Below are positions 46,578-59,900 of a stretch of DNA of 64,000 nt, piece after piece. The notes beneath the pieces were generated by a model. That model ran no database searches and had not been told where the DNA came from. It was given only the letters and a program-made list of their open reading frames with translations. How positions within the stretch are numbered: the first letter of the stretch is position 1; every line of letters begins with the position of its first letter. Origin of the DNA: Blepharisma stoltei ATCC 30299 (lineage: Eukaryota > Protista > Ciliophora); the NCBI GenBank assembly GCA_965603825.1, contig CBFDEM010000011.1, forward strand, positions 372,001-436,000. The letters run 5' to 3'. Made by a program: the position numbers and the translations under genes.

Positions 46578-49514
46578 ATGGAAGAACAAGGAAGAAACCC
46601 AGACGACGGAAATAGTTGGAAAAAGGATAATTATGGATTAAAATCAAGTGGGAAAGAGCTATTAGTGATGACTGTAGATATTGGAGAAGGAAAACAAGAT
46701 ATTGTTACTATATGTGAAAAAGACGATCCAAATCAGCTTGCTCAGGATTTCGCTAGAAAGCACTGCTTAGACTTATCATTCCAGACGTCTCTTGCTTCAA
46801 TAATAAAACAAAATAAAGAAATAATGCAAAGCCCTTCATATAAAAGTACGTCAAAAATTTTAGATTTACCTGAATCCTTCTCCTTATCGCATACCCAAAA
46901 AGGAAATATTCAAACCGAGCCTGCAAAAAAAGCTTCAATTATTAGCAAGCCTGACCAAAAACTCTCAGCCCAAGTAGACTTTAAAGCTTCAGGCACAAAT
47001 TCTTATGGGAAAATTCCTAATAAACTTCAGATAAATTCAGTTAGCCTAAAAGAGCTAAAAATACAGCACCAAAAACTATCCTCAGAGTCAGTAAAATCAT
47101 TATGTGTTGGCCTTATGTCTAACACCGTCATCACAAATTTAATTCTCCAATCAAATTCCCTAGGAAATTCTGAATCAATTAGTTATATTTCATCACTTTT
47201 GACTACAAATCAATGCTTAGAAGTGCTCGATATTTCTCATAACAATATTAATGACGCATCTATACAAAGCTTATGCTTGGTTTTAGCAGACGTTAAGCTG
47301 AAAGCGCTGATATTAGACCATAATGATATTAAATCTGCTCCTATTTGGCAAGGACTTAATTATAACACATCAATAGAAGAATTTTCAATTAATTTCAACC
47401 CGTTAAATTTTGAATCTGTGTCAAATATTCTTGATATTTTATTAATAAACAAAAGGCTTAAATGACTTGGAATTATGGGAATTGAGCTGTCTGGGCCTGC
47501 TCCTATTAAAGAAAATCAAAGCGGACAATTATCGACTAGAGAGGCGATTTTATTTAAATTAGCACAAGTATTGAGATATAGCAGCTTGGTGGCTATAGCA
47601 ATCGATATAGATCCTTCTGATAGGTTTTCACTAGAAGAATTGGAAAGTACATTGATAAAGCATAATAGGGTGCTAAAACAAATAATATCAAGAAATATTA
47701 ATTGGCAAAAATTAGATCCTGGGAGTCCCTTGGTAAGAATTTTGAGGTCACTTAAAGCTAATGCAAGGATAAACCAAAATTATTTTGTACCAGAATATAT
47801 GCAAAATGAATATTTCAATGGAGTTGAAGATTCAGGAAACGCTGAATCCTTATCTATGAGACAAAAATCGCCTGAACACCTTCACAGATCATCATTATCA
47901 TGTGACTCCAAAGACTTTTCATTGCTTACTATTGATGACCCAGGCCTGGAAACAGTCCCAAAAACCCCTCAATTTTCGATTTCCCAAAACAAGTCCCAGT
48001 TCACTGAAAAAGAATCAGACACTTTACTCAATCCAATCCACAGAGACTTCACTCAAAAAAAAGACACAAAGCAAGAAATTGATGACAAATTGACCAACTC
48101 CTTTACTTTAACTGACACAACCCATGAAACGCCTCTAATTGAGTCTCCAAGAGGAGAGGATTCTATTATGGACAACCCTACAATGATGAGCTATTTTCAT
48201 ACTTTTATTTCTACCATGGAAAAATTTGAGCAGAAAATAGATATTTTAAGCTCCAAAGTTGAAGTTATTGAGATGAAAGTTTCTAAACAATCCAAAGAAA
48301 TGGCTTCACAAAAAGAAGAATTAATGAAAGCATTGGAAACGGTCTCAGAACAGTCAAGAAAAAATGAAAAAATTATTAAAGAAAGCATAAAAAAAATAAA
48401 TGATAGGGTTTCATATTTAGAAAGAGGGCTTAAAAAAGGAAAAGAAAATGAGCTATGCGAAGATACTGAAAGTAATAGCATTAATAAAGAAATTTATAAG
48501 CTAGAAAATGAACTAGAGCTCGAAGAACACTACTCAAAAATAAAAAACAGCCAAGACAAATGAAAACAAGAAATGAGACAAAGATTAACGATCCTTGAAA
48601 AAAAAGAAAACGAGATTGACTATATTGTAAAAAATATTTCTGAAAAATTCGACAATGAGATAAACCAAAGGCTAAATTATTTTGAAAATAAATTAAGCAA
48701 GGTTTATGATTTTGACAGAGAAAAAGATTCACTTTTTTATTCGATAAATGAATTGGAGCGAAAAATGCAGAAATTAGATGAAAAAGTAGTTCGAGAAGTT
48801 GTACAGATAAAAGAGGTGCTGCCGACTGAAACAGCACTAAGAGTAGAAGATTTAAAAGCTGATTATACAGAATCATCAATAAAGACTACAAAAAACAGGC
48901 AGCCGATCTTAAAAACACCCGAAAAATACAAAATCCAAGAAAATTCTTTTCAAAATTTTACATATAGGTCAAAATCAGTCAGAAAACCTATGAAATTAAA
49001 TACATACCGGCAAGCAAATTCTGCTAGGAAATCATTAGTGGTAAGGAAAATTGATGAGGAAAAAGAAATCAGCGAGTTTAGGCCAGAAATTTCTAGAGAT
49101 TCTCCTATAATGAAAAGAAAAGATTCTGAACCATTAGCAGAATATGTAGAAAAATCAACCCAAAAGGAAGATTTTTCTGAAAAATCAACGCAATCCCCAG
49201 AGAAAATCAATGTAGCCAATTCTTGTGAATTAGCCAGCTACTTCCCAAGTGAAGCAGAAAGTATATTAGTCAATGCAATGCTGGAAAAAGTCAATTTTAA
49301 AAGAAATCCAAATTCTAAACAATGGATAAATAAGCCAAGAAATTTAAGCCCTCAGTCCTCTTCATTTTCTTCAATATCTCAGTCTAGATATAACCATAGT
49401 AAGCAGCTGAGTTCAAGTGATATTACAGAGTGCGTCCCTAGTGCTGAATTACAAGAAAATTTGAAGCAAAGAGGACTGTTTATTACTGAAAATCATACTG
49501 CTTTTCGGTATTAA
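46578..49514 (+). CDS. LRR + coiled-coil protein, about 978 aa, 2 in-frame TGA
   Basis: RI-like LRRs (LILQSNSLG, LDISHNNI, LILDHNDI); three ORFs in one frame separated by single TGAs. Confidence 0.8.
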
Positions 49515-49914
49515 TGAGAAAATAATTGTGTGTAATTCTTAAAAATCGTTATTAATATACTTGATTTTGTTTAGCATATGTTTTGAATCATAGCAGACTT
49601 GTTTAAAGAAAATTATGATCAATAAGGGCCTTAAAGTAATTTTATATTTGTTCAATAATGCCAATTACTTCAAGCTACTGAATTTATATTTTAATTTTAA
49701 AAAAATGAATATGGAGAGATAGCCTTAAAAAATATCACTTGATGCATTATGTATTAAAACAAGATGCTAATATATTATCGATAATCAAACACTGTTGCCC
49801 TAATACATATCTTAATGGATTTAATCAAGAGCTTAATATATCAAATAACTTAATTTTTAAAATATCTCTTTTTAAAAAATTAATACACTCCAGTAAAAAT
49901 AATTTTGCAAATTT

Positions 49915-50583
49915 ATGATCCAGAAAAAAGAGCTAGATTTCAAAGTCTACCATCCTCAACTAGAAGCCCAGCCAGGTGAAATAAAACTCGGTCTCCGTCG
50001 TTTTCGAACTCATAAAAACGAAACATCCCCAAGCTTGATCCTTATGGGCTCGATTCCCAAGATTCCTGACAATTTTTCAGAAAAAACTCCTCATTCACGA
50101 AATCTCAGTACAGGAAGAGTTCCGGACTCTTATCCAGAATTTGAAAATGTAGCGACTAAAGACTACAGCTTTCAAAAGCCAATAACGAAAATAAAAAGAA
50201 TTGAGCCTGACCAAAACGGCTTCAACCCTCACTCTAAAGAAAGAAATTTAACAGCTGACCGAGACCCTTATCTTTATAAAAAATCAATGCAAAGGTCAAT
50301 TGGGGAAACTTTCTCTGCAGAAAATAACCGTATAGAAAAATCTGAACAGAGCCCATTGACAAATTTCGATTTTCTTAGGCATCCGACTTTTAGTGGGCCG
50401 AAATTCACAAAAAGAAATCCGAAAATTGTATTGAATAATCCCATTATTGGGTATTCAGGGATAAATTTGCCTGAAAAAGAGAAAAGTATGTCTCCTGGGA
50501 AGAGCAGAGCGATGGCTGATTATGGTAATTTAATGATGAGGAATGGAATAAGGCCATCTGAAAGCTTAAATCTTTCGTATTAA
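49915..50583 (+). CDS. Hypothetical protein, 222 aa
   Basis: ATG-TAA ORF. Confidence 0.7.
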   Translation: MIQKKELDFKVYHPQLEAQPGEIKLGLRRFRTHKNETSPSLILMGSIPKIPDNFSEKTPHSRNLSTGRVPDSYPEFENVATKDYSFQKPITKIKRIEPDQNGFNPHSKERNLTADRDPYLYKKSMQRSIGETFSAENNRIEKSEQSPLTNFDFLRHPTFSGPKFTKRNPKIVLNNPIIGYSGINLPEKEKSMSPGKSRAMADYGNLMMRNGIRPSESLNLSY

Positions 50584-50662
50584 AAAGCCGATAAAATATG
50601 ATAATTAATTACCTAAAGACCTAAGAGTCATTTTTATAATAAAAATCAGATTAAATTAAAAA

Positions 50663-52219
50663 TTATTTTGGTCCTATATATTTTTGAAAAAGCTTGGTAA
50701 AAGTGCTTTCTTTTTCTGGAGATTTACTTGACTCATTCAGGCTAGTCTCAAACTTATTTTTCAGCTTATCCCTGGCTTCTGCAAATTCTTTTAGCACCAT
50801 ACTTGTCTGCGCATAATTAGTTTTCATACTCTGAAAAGTCTCATCTTTCAGAGAAGCAATTTTTTGAAGTCTTTCATTATCTTTTTGGGTTTCTCCAAGC
50901 CTTTCAATCAGTCAGTTATTATCTGAATTATATTTTTCTATAATATGTGCAAGAAACCTTGTTTTTATAAGTAAATCGCCTTCTTCGAAATCTTGATAAA
51001 TTCTTGTAAGCTCTTCTTTTATTTGGTTAAATTCAGCGTCCTCATCTGAATTGAATTTTTGATAAATTATATTTAAAATTCCTTTTATATCAGCAAATGA
51101 CCTCATCAGCCTATCATTTATTCGGATTTCATTATCAAGAGACACTTGTAATTCTCTAACTATTTCTGAATGATTTTCTGTGGCGTTTTCTAAATTTTGT
51201 AAAAGTTCGGACTCTCGCTTTATTTGTGATTTTTTATATTCTTCAAATTCGCTGCTATGTGACAATTTCATAGCTCTGATTTCGCTATTTGTCTGGCTTT
51301 CTAGCTCTATTGTGCTTTTTTTATTGGCGATTTTTAGTTTTCTGATTTCGTCTTGTAGGAGAGTTTTGGTTTGGAATAATTCTCTTTCTAAAATATTAAA
51401 TTTTTCGACATAAAGGTCTTTTTCTTCTATTATTTTGCGGATGTCGTTTTCTTTGTAGCCTTGCGATAATAAGAAATTTAGCTTATTTTCAGTCTGTTTT
51501 CTTTCTTTTGTATAAATATCATTTATTGCCTTTAACTTTTCTTCTAAATCTGAATTATCAGACCTTCCTTTTGAATTATTAAAACCGTCACTATTTGTCT
51601 GTGAATTCAAACTCTTTTGCCTGTATTTATCAGCTACCTTACTTATAGTCGAAAAAATTTCAATTTCATAATTAGATATTTTCTGTGAAAATACTGCAAA
51701 GGACCTTTCTGCTTCACTTTCCAATACAAATCATGGATCTCTTTGGCTGCTAATTTCAAGGTCCGCAATTTTTAGCGAAAATTCATCAGGGCTGCTTAGT
51801 GTCATCAATTTTGGTCTAAAAGTGCACTCATCATAGCTTGTTATATTCCCTATCCTTTCCTCAATGTTTTGTAGCAGTTTTATCGAGTTTTCTAAAATTT
51901 GAGAATATTTCGCAATCACATGTCTGAGAGATTCTGCTTTTAATTTATAATTTATATCTCTTATTTCGTCCTCCATAACATTAGGCTTGCCTTGTTGACT
52001 TTTGCTGTTTGCTCTAGCATAAGCTTCGCTTTGAAAAGCCCAGATTTTTGAAGAGGTATCAGAGATTCCTACCTTTTCAAAAGTTTGGTCTCGAATAAAT
52101 TCGTATTTTTTTACAAGGTCTGGAGGCAAAGTAAATGAAAATAAAATTTCTTCAGCCACTTCTAATAGAATTTTCATGTTTTCAATTTCGAGGGCAAGTG
52201 CTTGATTTTGAGTTTCCAT
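50663..52219 (-). CDS. Coiled-coil protein, about 518 aa, 2 in-frame TGA
   Basis: Read-through of TGA 51731 and 50912 to TAA 50663-50665. Confidence 0.75.
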
Positions 52220-52369
52220 ATTTTAATTTAAATTATTTAAAACAGCGGTGAACACTCTGCAATTTAAGGCTATAATTAATTATTTGGAAATTTAGAATCG
52301 TTTTTATATAAATTTTAATAATTAAAATAACGAATTCTATTTAATTATTTGCAATTTATAATTCAGCAT

Positions 52370-54127
52370 CTAGTCGTTACAGAAAGTGCTATGCAAAACC
52401 TCTTCATCTAAATTATTAAACAGCTGAGTTTGCAGCATAGCTTTCAGAAAATCGTGGTCTCCATCTGGGAATCTTTTATTAATTTGCCAAGCAAGCTTTT
52501 TCATGTCTTTATAATTATACATTTTGGTGATATCAATGATTTGTAACCAATAATCCTTTATACATTCGGCAATCTCTATGCACGCCAATTTCTGCTCTAA
52601 TGAAGGAGTAAAACAAATTTCATTAGAATTCAAAGCTAAATACACATTTTTTATTCTCTGCTTTAATTGTACAGCTTCAGGTATTTTTGCATCTTGAATA
52701 ATAGACGTCCTTCCCCGTATACGTGAAGATGGGTTTGTTTCATCTAAATAAACTCATATTAAATCTCCACGTGCTTTTGGCGGCTTTGTCATACCCGCTA
52801 TAAGTGGGACTGGGGCATCTAATACATCAATTAAGCATTTCGGAAGAATTGGTATCATCAGATTTGGCCATCTGAATGGTCTCAATAAAACCTGGTAAGC
52901 CAAAACACAAGATGTTAATAACCCTAAATTTCCTGATACAAATACAACTGATTTTTCTTGCGCAACTGCAGATAAAATCCAAAAGAAATCGTTAAAGCTG
53001 AGCTTAGAAAACAATGGGGCACAAAACCATGGGACGTCAATAACACTTAGATCGTCTGGGCATTTATATTTAAGTGGATCAAGCCTGTCCATATCAATTT
53101 CAATATTTAGCATCGCCCCGATATTTTCTACTTCTGCATAATTTTCTAAGACCTTGATTTCTCCTGGGGTGATAATTTCTTCTCCTATCAGATGCATACT
53201 TTTATCATCATTTACTAGCTGCTCCATCCTGAATAGTCTTTTTAATAGCAGTAAATTCGATAAAACTTCATAATGGAGCTCAAAAATTGGCACATATGTA
53301 ATAAAACAGTAAATTTTGGTGTTTTTCCATTCGTCTTGCCCATCTTCTTGTGGAGTCAAATCATCGATTTTCAAGCAAAACACATAATACAAGTCTTTAT
53401 TGGAATTCGGGAGATCAGTTAAAGTGTCTCTTGGCTGGTCTGATCTTAAGGTAAATGTAAAACAAGAGTTTCCGCGCTTGTGATAAACTTGTCCATATAA
53501 TAAAGCATTCAAATCAGAGCCTGAGCCAGTAAGATTAAGTGGCTGAGGCTCTTCTTCTGAATGGAAACAGCAGTTTAGCACCATTCTCTTTACTTCGTCA
53601 GATATTGAATAGTTTTCTTTAGGAAATTCATAGAGAATTTCTGGCTTATGTTTGTCAGATTTTCCTAATCTTTCTCTTGGAATACCTAAAATAAGGAAAG
53701 ATATAAATATTTTTGGGTTATGTATAAAGGAGATGCTATTATCAGGAAGTGCTTGGAGGGTTTTTTCTGTATTCTGATACAATTTCTCATGCAGAGTATC
53801 AGTATCATAATTGTTAGAAATATTTAGGTTAGAATGACTTGGAGTAAATAGGATATATGAATCAGAATTCCCTGAGGACTGCAAAGGTTTCTTTGGAGTC
53901 CGAGTCATGGTTTCAACCATAGGCTCTGGAGTCTGATAGTGTGACAGTCTAAGCTTCAGTTCTTCGTTTTCAGCGCTTAGCCTATTAATAAGATTGATAT
54001 CTTGGACACTCCCTTCAACTGCTTGCTCGTACAGTTTCTTTAGTTTTGTGTGCTCTTTCTGGAGCTGGAGGAAATCGTCATAAAGCTGCTCATAACGGTA
54101 ATGCCAGTCTACATAGTGGTTAGACAT
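52370..54127 (-). CDS. uDENN/DENN-domain Rab GEF, about 585 aa
   Basis: PEILYEFP, YCFITYVPIFELH, EKSVVFVSGNLGLLTSCV, LRPFRWPNLMIPILP..LDAPVPLIAG; TGA 52754 read through. Confidence 0.9.
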
Positions 54128-54566
54128 GAAATTATATACAGTATATTATCATAATTTAAAGGAAAATTAGAATTCGTTTTTTAAGTTAAGGTATGAAAAT
54201 TGAGGGAAAATGGGAACTATAAAAGGGAAAAGAAAATTGTGATAGTTATATTTGGTAGGATTGAAGAGGGTAATATTTTGAAATAAAAAAATTATAGTGA
54301 AACTGTTAAAAATTAGATGATAAAATATAAAGACTACTAAAAAAATATTTTTGAGGTTTTTATGAAAAGATTAAATATTGATAAATAACACGCAAGCTGC
54401 TTGCAATTGTTGAAGATTAGATTTTGTATGTTTACCCAAAATACAAGAAAAAGGTTATTCTAAAACTAGTTACTATCGATGACCAGGGCCCAATTTTTAA
54501 TAAGATAGAATTAGGATAAATTGATTAAGCTTTTATTGATTTGCTTATTGCAGATATTTCTAGGAC

Positions 54567-54618
54567 TCTTTACTATTATTATCAAGGATAAAATCTTTAC
54601 TATTATTATCAAGGATAA
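54567..54618. repeat. Intergenic direct repeat, 2 x TCTTTACTATTATTATCAAGGATAA, period 27 bp
   Basis: Identical 25-mers at 54567-54591 and 54594-54618. Confidence 0.85.
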
Positions 54619-54901
54619 GAAGCTAAAAATTCCTTTAAGATTTTTATTTTTAAAGACATCAAGTATTTCAAATAGTTTTATTTACCAAGACAATGAAATT
54701 GCATTACTTTTTGGTTTTTGACTTAGCGGCTATTCTTCCTTTTTTTGGTGTTGAAGTATTTTTAGCGATTTCAATAATTGCTTCAGGAATTCCTGACGAT
54801 AAAAGTTCAAGACTCTTTATTTCTTCTTTAACTCTCTCCAAATCCAATTCAGCCCACATTAAAAATTTTATTACAAACCTTATTACTTTTCATTAATTTT
54901 T

Positions 54902-56314
54902 TTAAGCCTGATTCAATAATTTTAGAGATTTTCTAAATCTTTTTGAAATTTCTCCTGACGAAAATTCGTTTATTTTTGGTAAAACAAGACTATTAAACAC
55001 TTCATCAGGCTCTGGTTGATCTTGATCTGGAGCTGGTAAGCTTGTAGCTAATTCTGATGAGTATTCATTAAAATATTTCCTATAATTAACGCCACTTCTT
55101 TGAGTCCAAATTGCTTCATGCAAATAGTCTTTCAGTTGACTTCTTGGCTTATTTAAAGCTTCCTCAAGCTGTGCTATAAATATTTGATCTTCAAGTAATA
55201 TATCAAGCTGCATCTAAAATACCATGTTTGAGCAATGGAAGTCGATGCCTTGTAATGGGATATCTTCTATCTTTAATCCTCCATTAATTTCTATTTCTGT
55301 CCAAATTGGCAGTTCATAATATATTTTTCTTATAATTTCAATCCACTCATTGTTAGCATTGAATCTCTCCATCCACTGCATTGCATATCTCTAAATATAT
55401 ATTACAGACAGCATTTCCATATCTCCTTTCATACCTTTATAATAAGTTCTTATCAAAATTGCTTTAACAATATCATTAGAGCTGTTTCACTGAGTAAACA
55501 AATTATTCCTTTTTTCCACATATATATAATCTCTATAGCTTACAGTTGAAATATCAGCTACAATCTGAATTATGCTTTCCAGAATTTCTTGAGAAAATTG
55601 ATATTCTTCTCCAGCTACCATGCATCATACTAATAGTGGGTAATCTGGGTGCAGTAAGCTGTCTTCTAGCACAATTATGCATAATCTTCTACACAATTCT
55701 CTTATTCTACTTATTTTTTACCCGCAATTTACTGCCATTTGAAAGGCTAATTTTATTGCTTTATTTCTGATGCCTTGTCTAATACTTTTTTGTAAGCATG
55801 ATTTTATTATGCTGGGAGAAAATGCTTGTAATCTAAAAAAATCATAAAATGATAAAGGGGATTTAGCTTGATGGGAAGTAGAAGCAGTTAAAATAATTTG
55901 GCAAGGGTCATGGGAGGATTCTTTTAAAAAATATTTCCTTGAAATAAAGGTCCCTGATGGCTTATTTTCTATTAAGCAAGCCCATTTTTGCCGTCCTGAG
56001 GATTCGCCAAGGTAAGATAAATTGAAACTTTGGCTTAGATTGGCTTGAGGAGTACTCATAAGAATATCATAAGCATTTAAAGAAGAAGGATTAGGAGAAG
56101 TGAATGATTTTTGTGTAAAGCGGGTAGTAGATATTGGAGATGGCGCGATATTTGGTTTTAGCTCTTGGGTAAGATTCTCTTTACAATCAGAAGATCCTGC
56201 GTGAAATTCGAAAAGTTTATTATCAATTTCTTTTTTGCATTCTGGGCATGTCTTGCATTTGTTTGGTATTTGGAAGTTAAGCTTAGTCTGAACAGGGGAT
56301 CTTTTTCGCTTCAT
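54902..56314 (-). CDS. UBZ-type zinc finger + MgsA/WRNIP1 C-terminal-like helical domain protein, about 455 aa; introns 55707-55721, 55391-55405, 55208-55222
   Basis: CPEC..FEFH..C finger; IIKSCLQKSIRQG..RELCRRLCIIVLED..LHP, KGMKGDMEML, GIDFHCS; frame closes with three 15-nt introns and 2 TGA. Confidence 0.75.
55208..55222 (-). other. 15-nt intron GTATTTTAGATGCAG
   Basis: GT..CAG, A10; removes in-frame TAG. Confidence 0.7.
55391..55405 (-). other. 15-nt intron GTAATATATATTTAG
   Basis: GT..TAG, A10; removes in-frame TAG. Confidence 0.85.
55707..55721 (-). other. 15-nt intron GTAAAAAATAAGTAG
   Basis: GT..TAG, A10; removes in-frame TAA. Confidence 0.85.
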
Positions 56315-56486
56315 ATTTAATTCCCTCTAAATTTTTCTCAAATTTTTTAATTTACTATTACATATAATTAGTGTCACAAAATTACTTGTTAATTTTATTT
56401 AGCTTCCCTAATATTTTCCAATCGTTATTATTTTATTTTCAACTATTAGTAATTTTCATACTTTCAGGTTATATACAATAACCTCT

Positions 56487-56858
56487 TTATGAATTTTGCA
56501 ATGAAGTCGACCACCTTGGATTTTTATTAACATACTCAGCTCTTTTCATCAATCCTAAATTTGGCTTGGAGTTTAATTTTAAAATATCTTTCAAACTGAC
56601 AGAGCGCTGCATATCAATTTTCTGCTGGATTTTACTATCAGTTACTCTGGCTTTTCATAGCTGAGTATCAACTATTTTTCTTTTTGGGCATGATCTGTAA
56701 TGAATTTTGTTCTTATTATTTTTCACAATAATAGGGAGCGGAGGATTATTGTTTAGCTTTAAATCAATCATTTGCAAGCGAACACTTGTTAAAATTGGAG
56801 ATTTTTCTTTGTCGGATAGCAGAAGAACAGATTGGCTTCTCGCTGTGTAATGCTTCAT
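56487..56858 (-). CDS. Hypothetical basic protein, about 123 aa
   Basis: ORF 56655-56858 extends through TGA to TAA 56487-56489. Confidence 0.65.
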
Positions 56859-56988
56859 AATTTTTTATTCATTTTTAATGTCCTCATGGCCATAAATTCA
56901 AAATATTTTTACTTAAAATTTGGCCAATGATAATCAATTAAATTTTAAATAAATTCACGAAATTTTAGAGAAAAAGGAAAAGTTAGAT

Positions 56989-59900
56989 TTAGCTATGAGG
57001 AATTAAATGAAAACCTAGTAGTCAGCTAAGTGAAAAGCCTATAATGAAGCTGATTATTGCAAACTCGAATAAGCTGATTTGTCGTTGTGTATTTAAGTCT
57101 GCAGTTTGTTTTGTGATTGGCTTGCTGAATCGACTTTCAAGCTTTTTTGGTTTTTCATTGGCAATGACATTATCATTTTCAAGCTTTAACTTGATAGGAG
57201 ATAGACTTTTATTTGTATCATTACTATCTTTCCAATCTATTTTTGGTTTTTTCAAATATTGTATACTTGCTTTCAGTTTTTCAATTTTTTCATCAGCTAC
57301 TTCGCATTCTCCTCTTGTGCTCACTAATAAATCCGGGAGTTCATTTTTCCTCTGTTGAAGTTCATTAATTTCTTGCCTTGTAAAATTTATTTTGCGAGTT
57401 AACTCATTTAATCTTATCTTAAGCTGGTCAATGACATTTATGTAAAATTTTTTTTCTAGCTCAGCATTTCCAGAGTTTTTTTGGAGGTCTTTTGGGAGTA
57501 AAGATAAAGCTGTCGCTTTCAGCCATATTTTTTGCTGAAGATCACATAAGGAGTTTTCAAAGCTAGTGTCTAATTTTTCAATTATTTTGGATTTATTGTC
57601 AAGTTTTGATCTTACTGAAACAATTCTTCTTAAAATTAATTCTTTTTGCTTTTGTGATTTGTCATTAGACCTGCCTAGCTTATGCATTTGCTTTTGAGAT
57701 GGGTGGCTTATTTTGGTAGCCCTTTGAGGCTGCAATTCTTCTGGTTCTATTAAAACTTCTTCAAGTATTTTTTCTTCAGAAACTGCCTTCGAATTATTTT
57801 TCCATTTTTTAAACGAATTTGTAATTAATTCTGAAATTTGTTCTGCTCCTCTTCTCATAACTTTTTTTCCAATTTCTTTTAATCTTTTATTTTCTACTAA
57901 TTTATTGAGTTTCCCGAGGACATTTCTTACCATTTTTTCATCTTTTTTTACTTTATTTGAAAATTGTGTAGCAATAAATTTATATTTGCCAAAAAAATAT
58001 TTCACCGAATTTTTTCTGAATTCTGCTAAATCCATCCATTTTTGTATATATTTTATTCGCCGGCTTTGAACATCTAGCTTTTTCTCTACCTTTTCTACAG
58101 CAATTTGTTTTTTGGTTTCATAAGCTAAAGCGTCAAATGCTTTTTTCATGCTAAATTTCACTTTTACTAAAAGATGCTTTAAAGACTCCATTTTTCGTTT
58201 TTCAAGCAATGATTTTTTTGCTTTTTTTTCTTCTTCATCCATCCTTGCTTGTTTTTTTGCTTGTATTTTTAACAAATCTGATTTTTTCTTTTCTAAAACA
58301 TTATATTTTAGCTTTTCAACTGCTTTTGATAAGGCTAATTTTTGTGTTTTTTCTCCATGTAATAATGCTCTTAATAGCAGGGATTCTTTTTTGTGTTTTT
58401 TTTGTAGCTGAAGTTTAAACTTTGAGAAAAATTTATAATAGTTGATATTCATTCCTTTACAGTATGCGCGGATTAATAATTCTATTTTATTTTTCTGGTT
58501 TATATGCTGAATTTTGTGTTGAGCTTCTAAAAGTGTCTTAAATTTTTTAAAAGTTGCACTCATGTCAATATATCTTCTTTCTAGAGCTTTGCTAACAAAA
58601 AAGAATTTCGTCCTCATTTGGCTTTCCTTTACTTTTTCATTTCATTTTCTTATATATTTCTTCTGTCTATTATTATCAAATTCACACATCCTAGAAATCA
58701 GCCTATTTCATAATAGCCTGTTATGAGCAATCAGCCTAGAATTAGCTTGAAGCTGGTGTATAGCAGAACTCATAATTTTTGTCCACCTTTTTGCACTCAT
58801 ACTATGCCATTTCTGTAAAAATGCAAAATTATTTTTGTCTAGTTTTGCCTTATTTTGGTTTTCCACCTGCATTTTTCATTTTATAGTCTCAAATTTCCAT
58901 TTAGAAAATGCAGAGGAAAATAGCATTTGCCTTCTCATTAAAAGAAGTTTAAAAGCTTGGACTGTTTGTTGGGAAACTATTTGTTTATGCTCTTCATCTT
59001 TATGCTGGTTTTCTAATAAAAGGGATTGGACTTCTTTTTGTAGCTCGGATTGAATTTTTTCTTTTTCTAGGTTCTGGGACATAAGATCGTTTATTTTTTG
59101 TGAGAGGCTCAGCTTAGATCCTATCATTTCATCGTTTAAGCTTTTTACTTGTTTTTTTAAGTCTTTATTATTTGAATCTAAAATTTTATTTTCTGTGGTT
59201 TTTGTGTGGTTTTCTTGATCTTTTATATTTCTTGATCATTTTGATATAGCTTTGGATAGAACTAGCCTATGCTGCTGGATGCAGCAATATAAAGCCCGTA
59301 TTATTGTCTCATTTTTATTATTTTCGCTGGATTTATGGTTTGATACTGCTTTTATTGCAGCTATAATACCGTTTTTTGTATATTTTCTTGCAATATTACG
59401 CCATTCCCTTATAATTTTTGCGTCTTTAGATCTGTTTAATTTTTGCTCACTAACATAATTTTTTCATAAAAATATTGCTTCAGCTATTCTTTTATTAATC
59501 CCCATTTTCAACATACTTATCAGTTCTAATTTTCTTTTTTGCTCATTATCTTTTTCAATTCTCGCTACCTTTTCTGTATTTTTCTTATCAATTTCCTTAA
59601 TTTGCTCAGCTGATTTATGCTCAAGAGCTTGCAATTTATATAATTGAAAATTTTTGAATTTTTCTCTTAAATAATTTTTCACAAGCATTGACTTAAACAA
59701 AATCGCCTTATTTTTCCTTTTAATACACTTCGATGCAAACGCATTAAAATAAGTAAACATAGCTCGCTTATAATAAGCATTCAAAATATTCGATAAAAAT
59801 GATTTTTTCCTTTTTTCTTTCATTTCCTCATGATTTTGCTTTAAAGGCTCCAAAAGTGCCTGCTGATGAAACTTGTGTAGCTGCTGGGCTTTACAGAAAT

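Noticed and set aside
54392-54404. GCAAGC-T-GCTTGC inverted repeat
   Set aside because: 6-bp arms with a 1-nt spacer; too short to distinguish from chance
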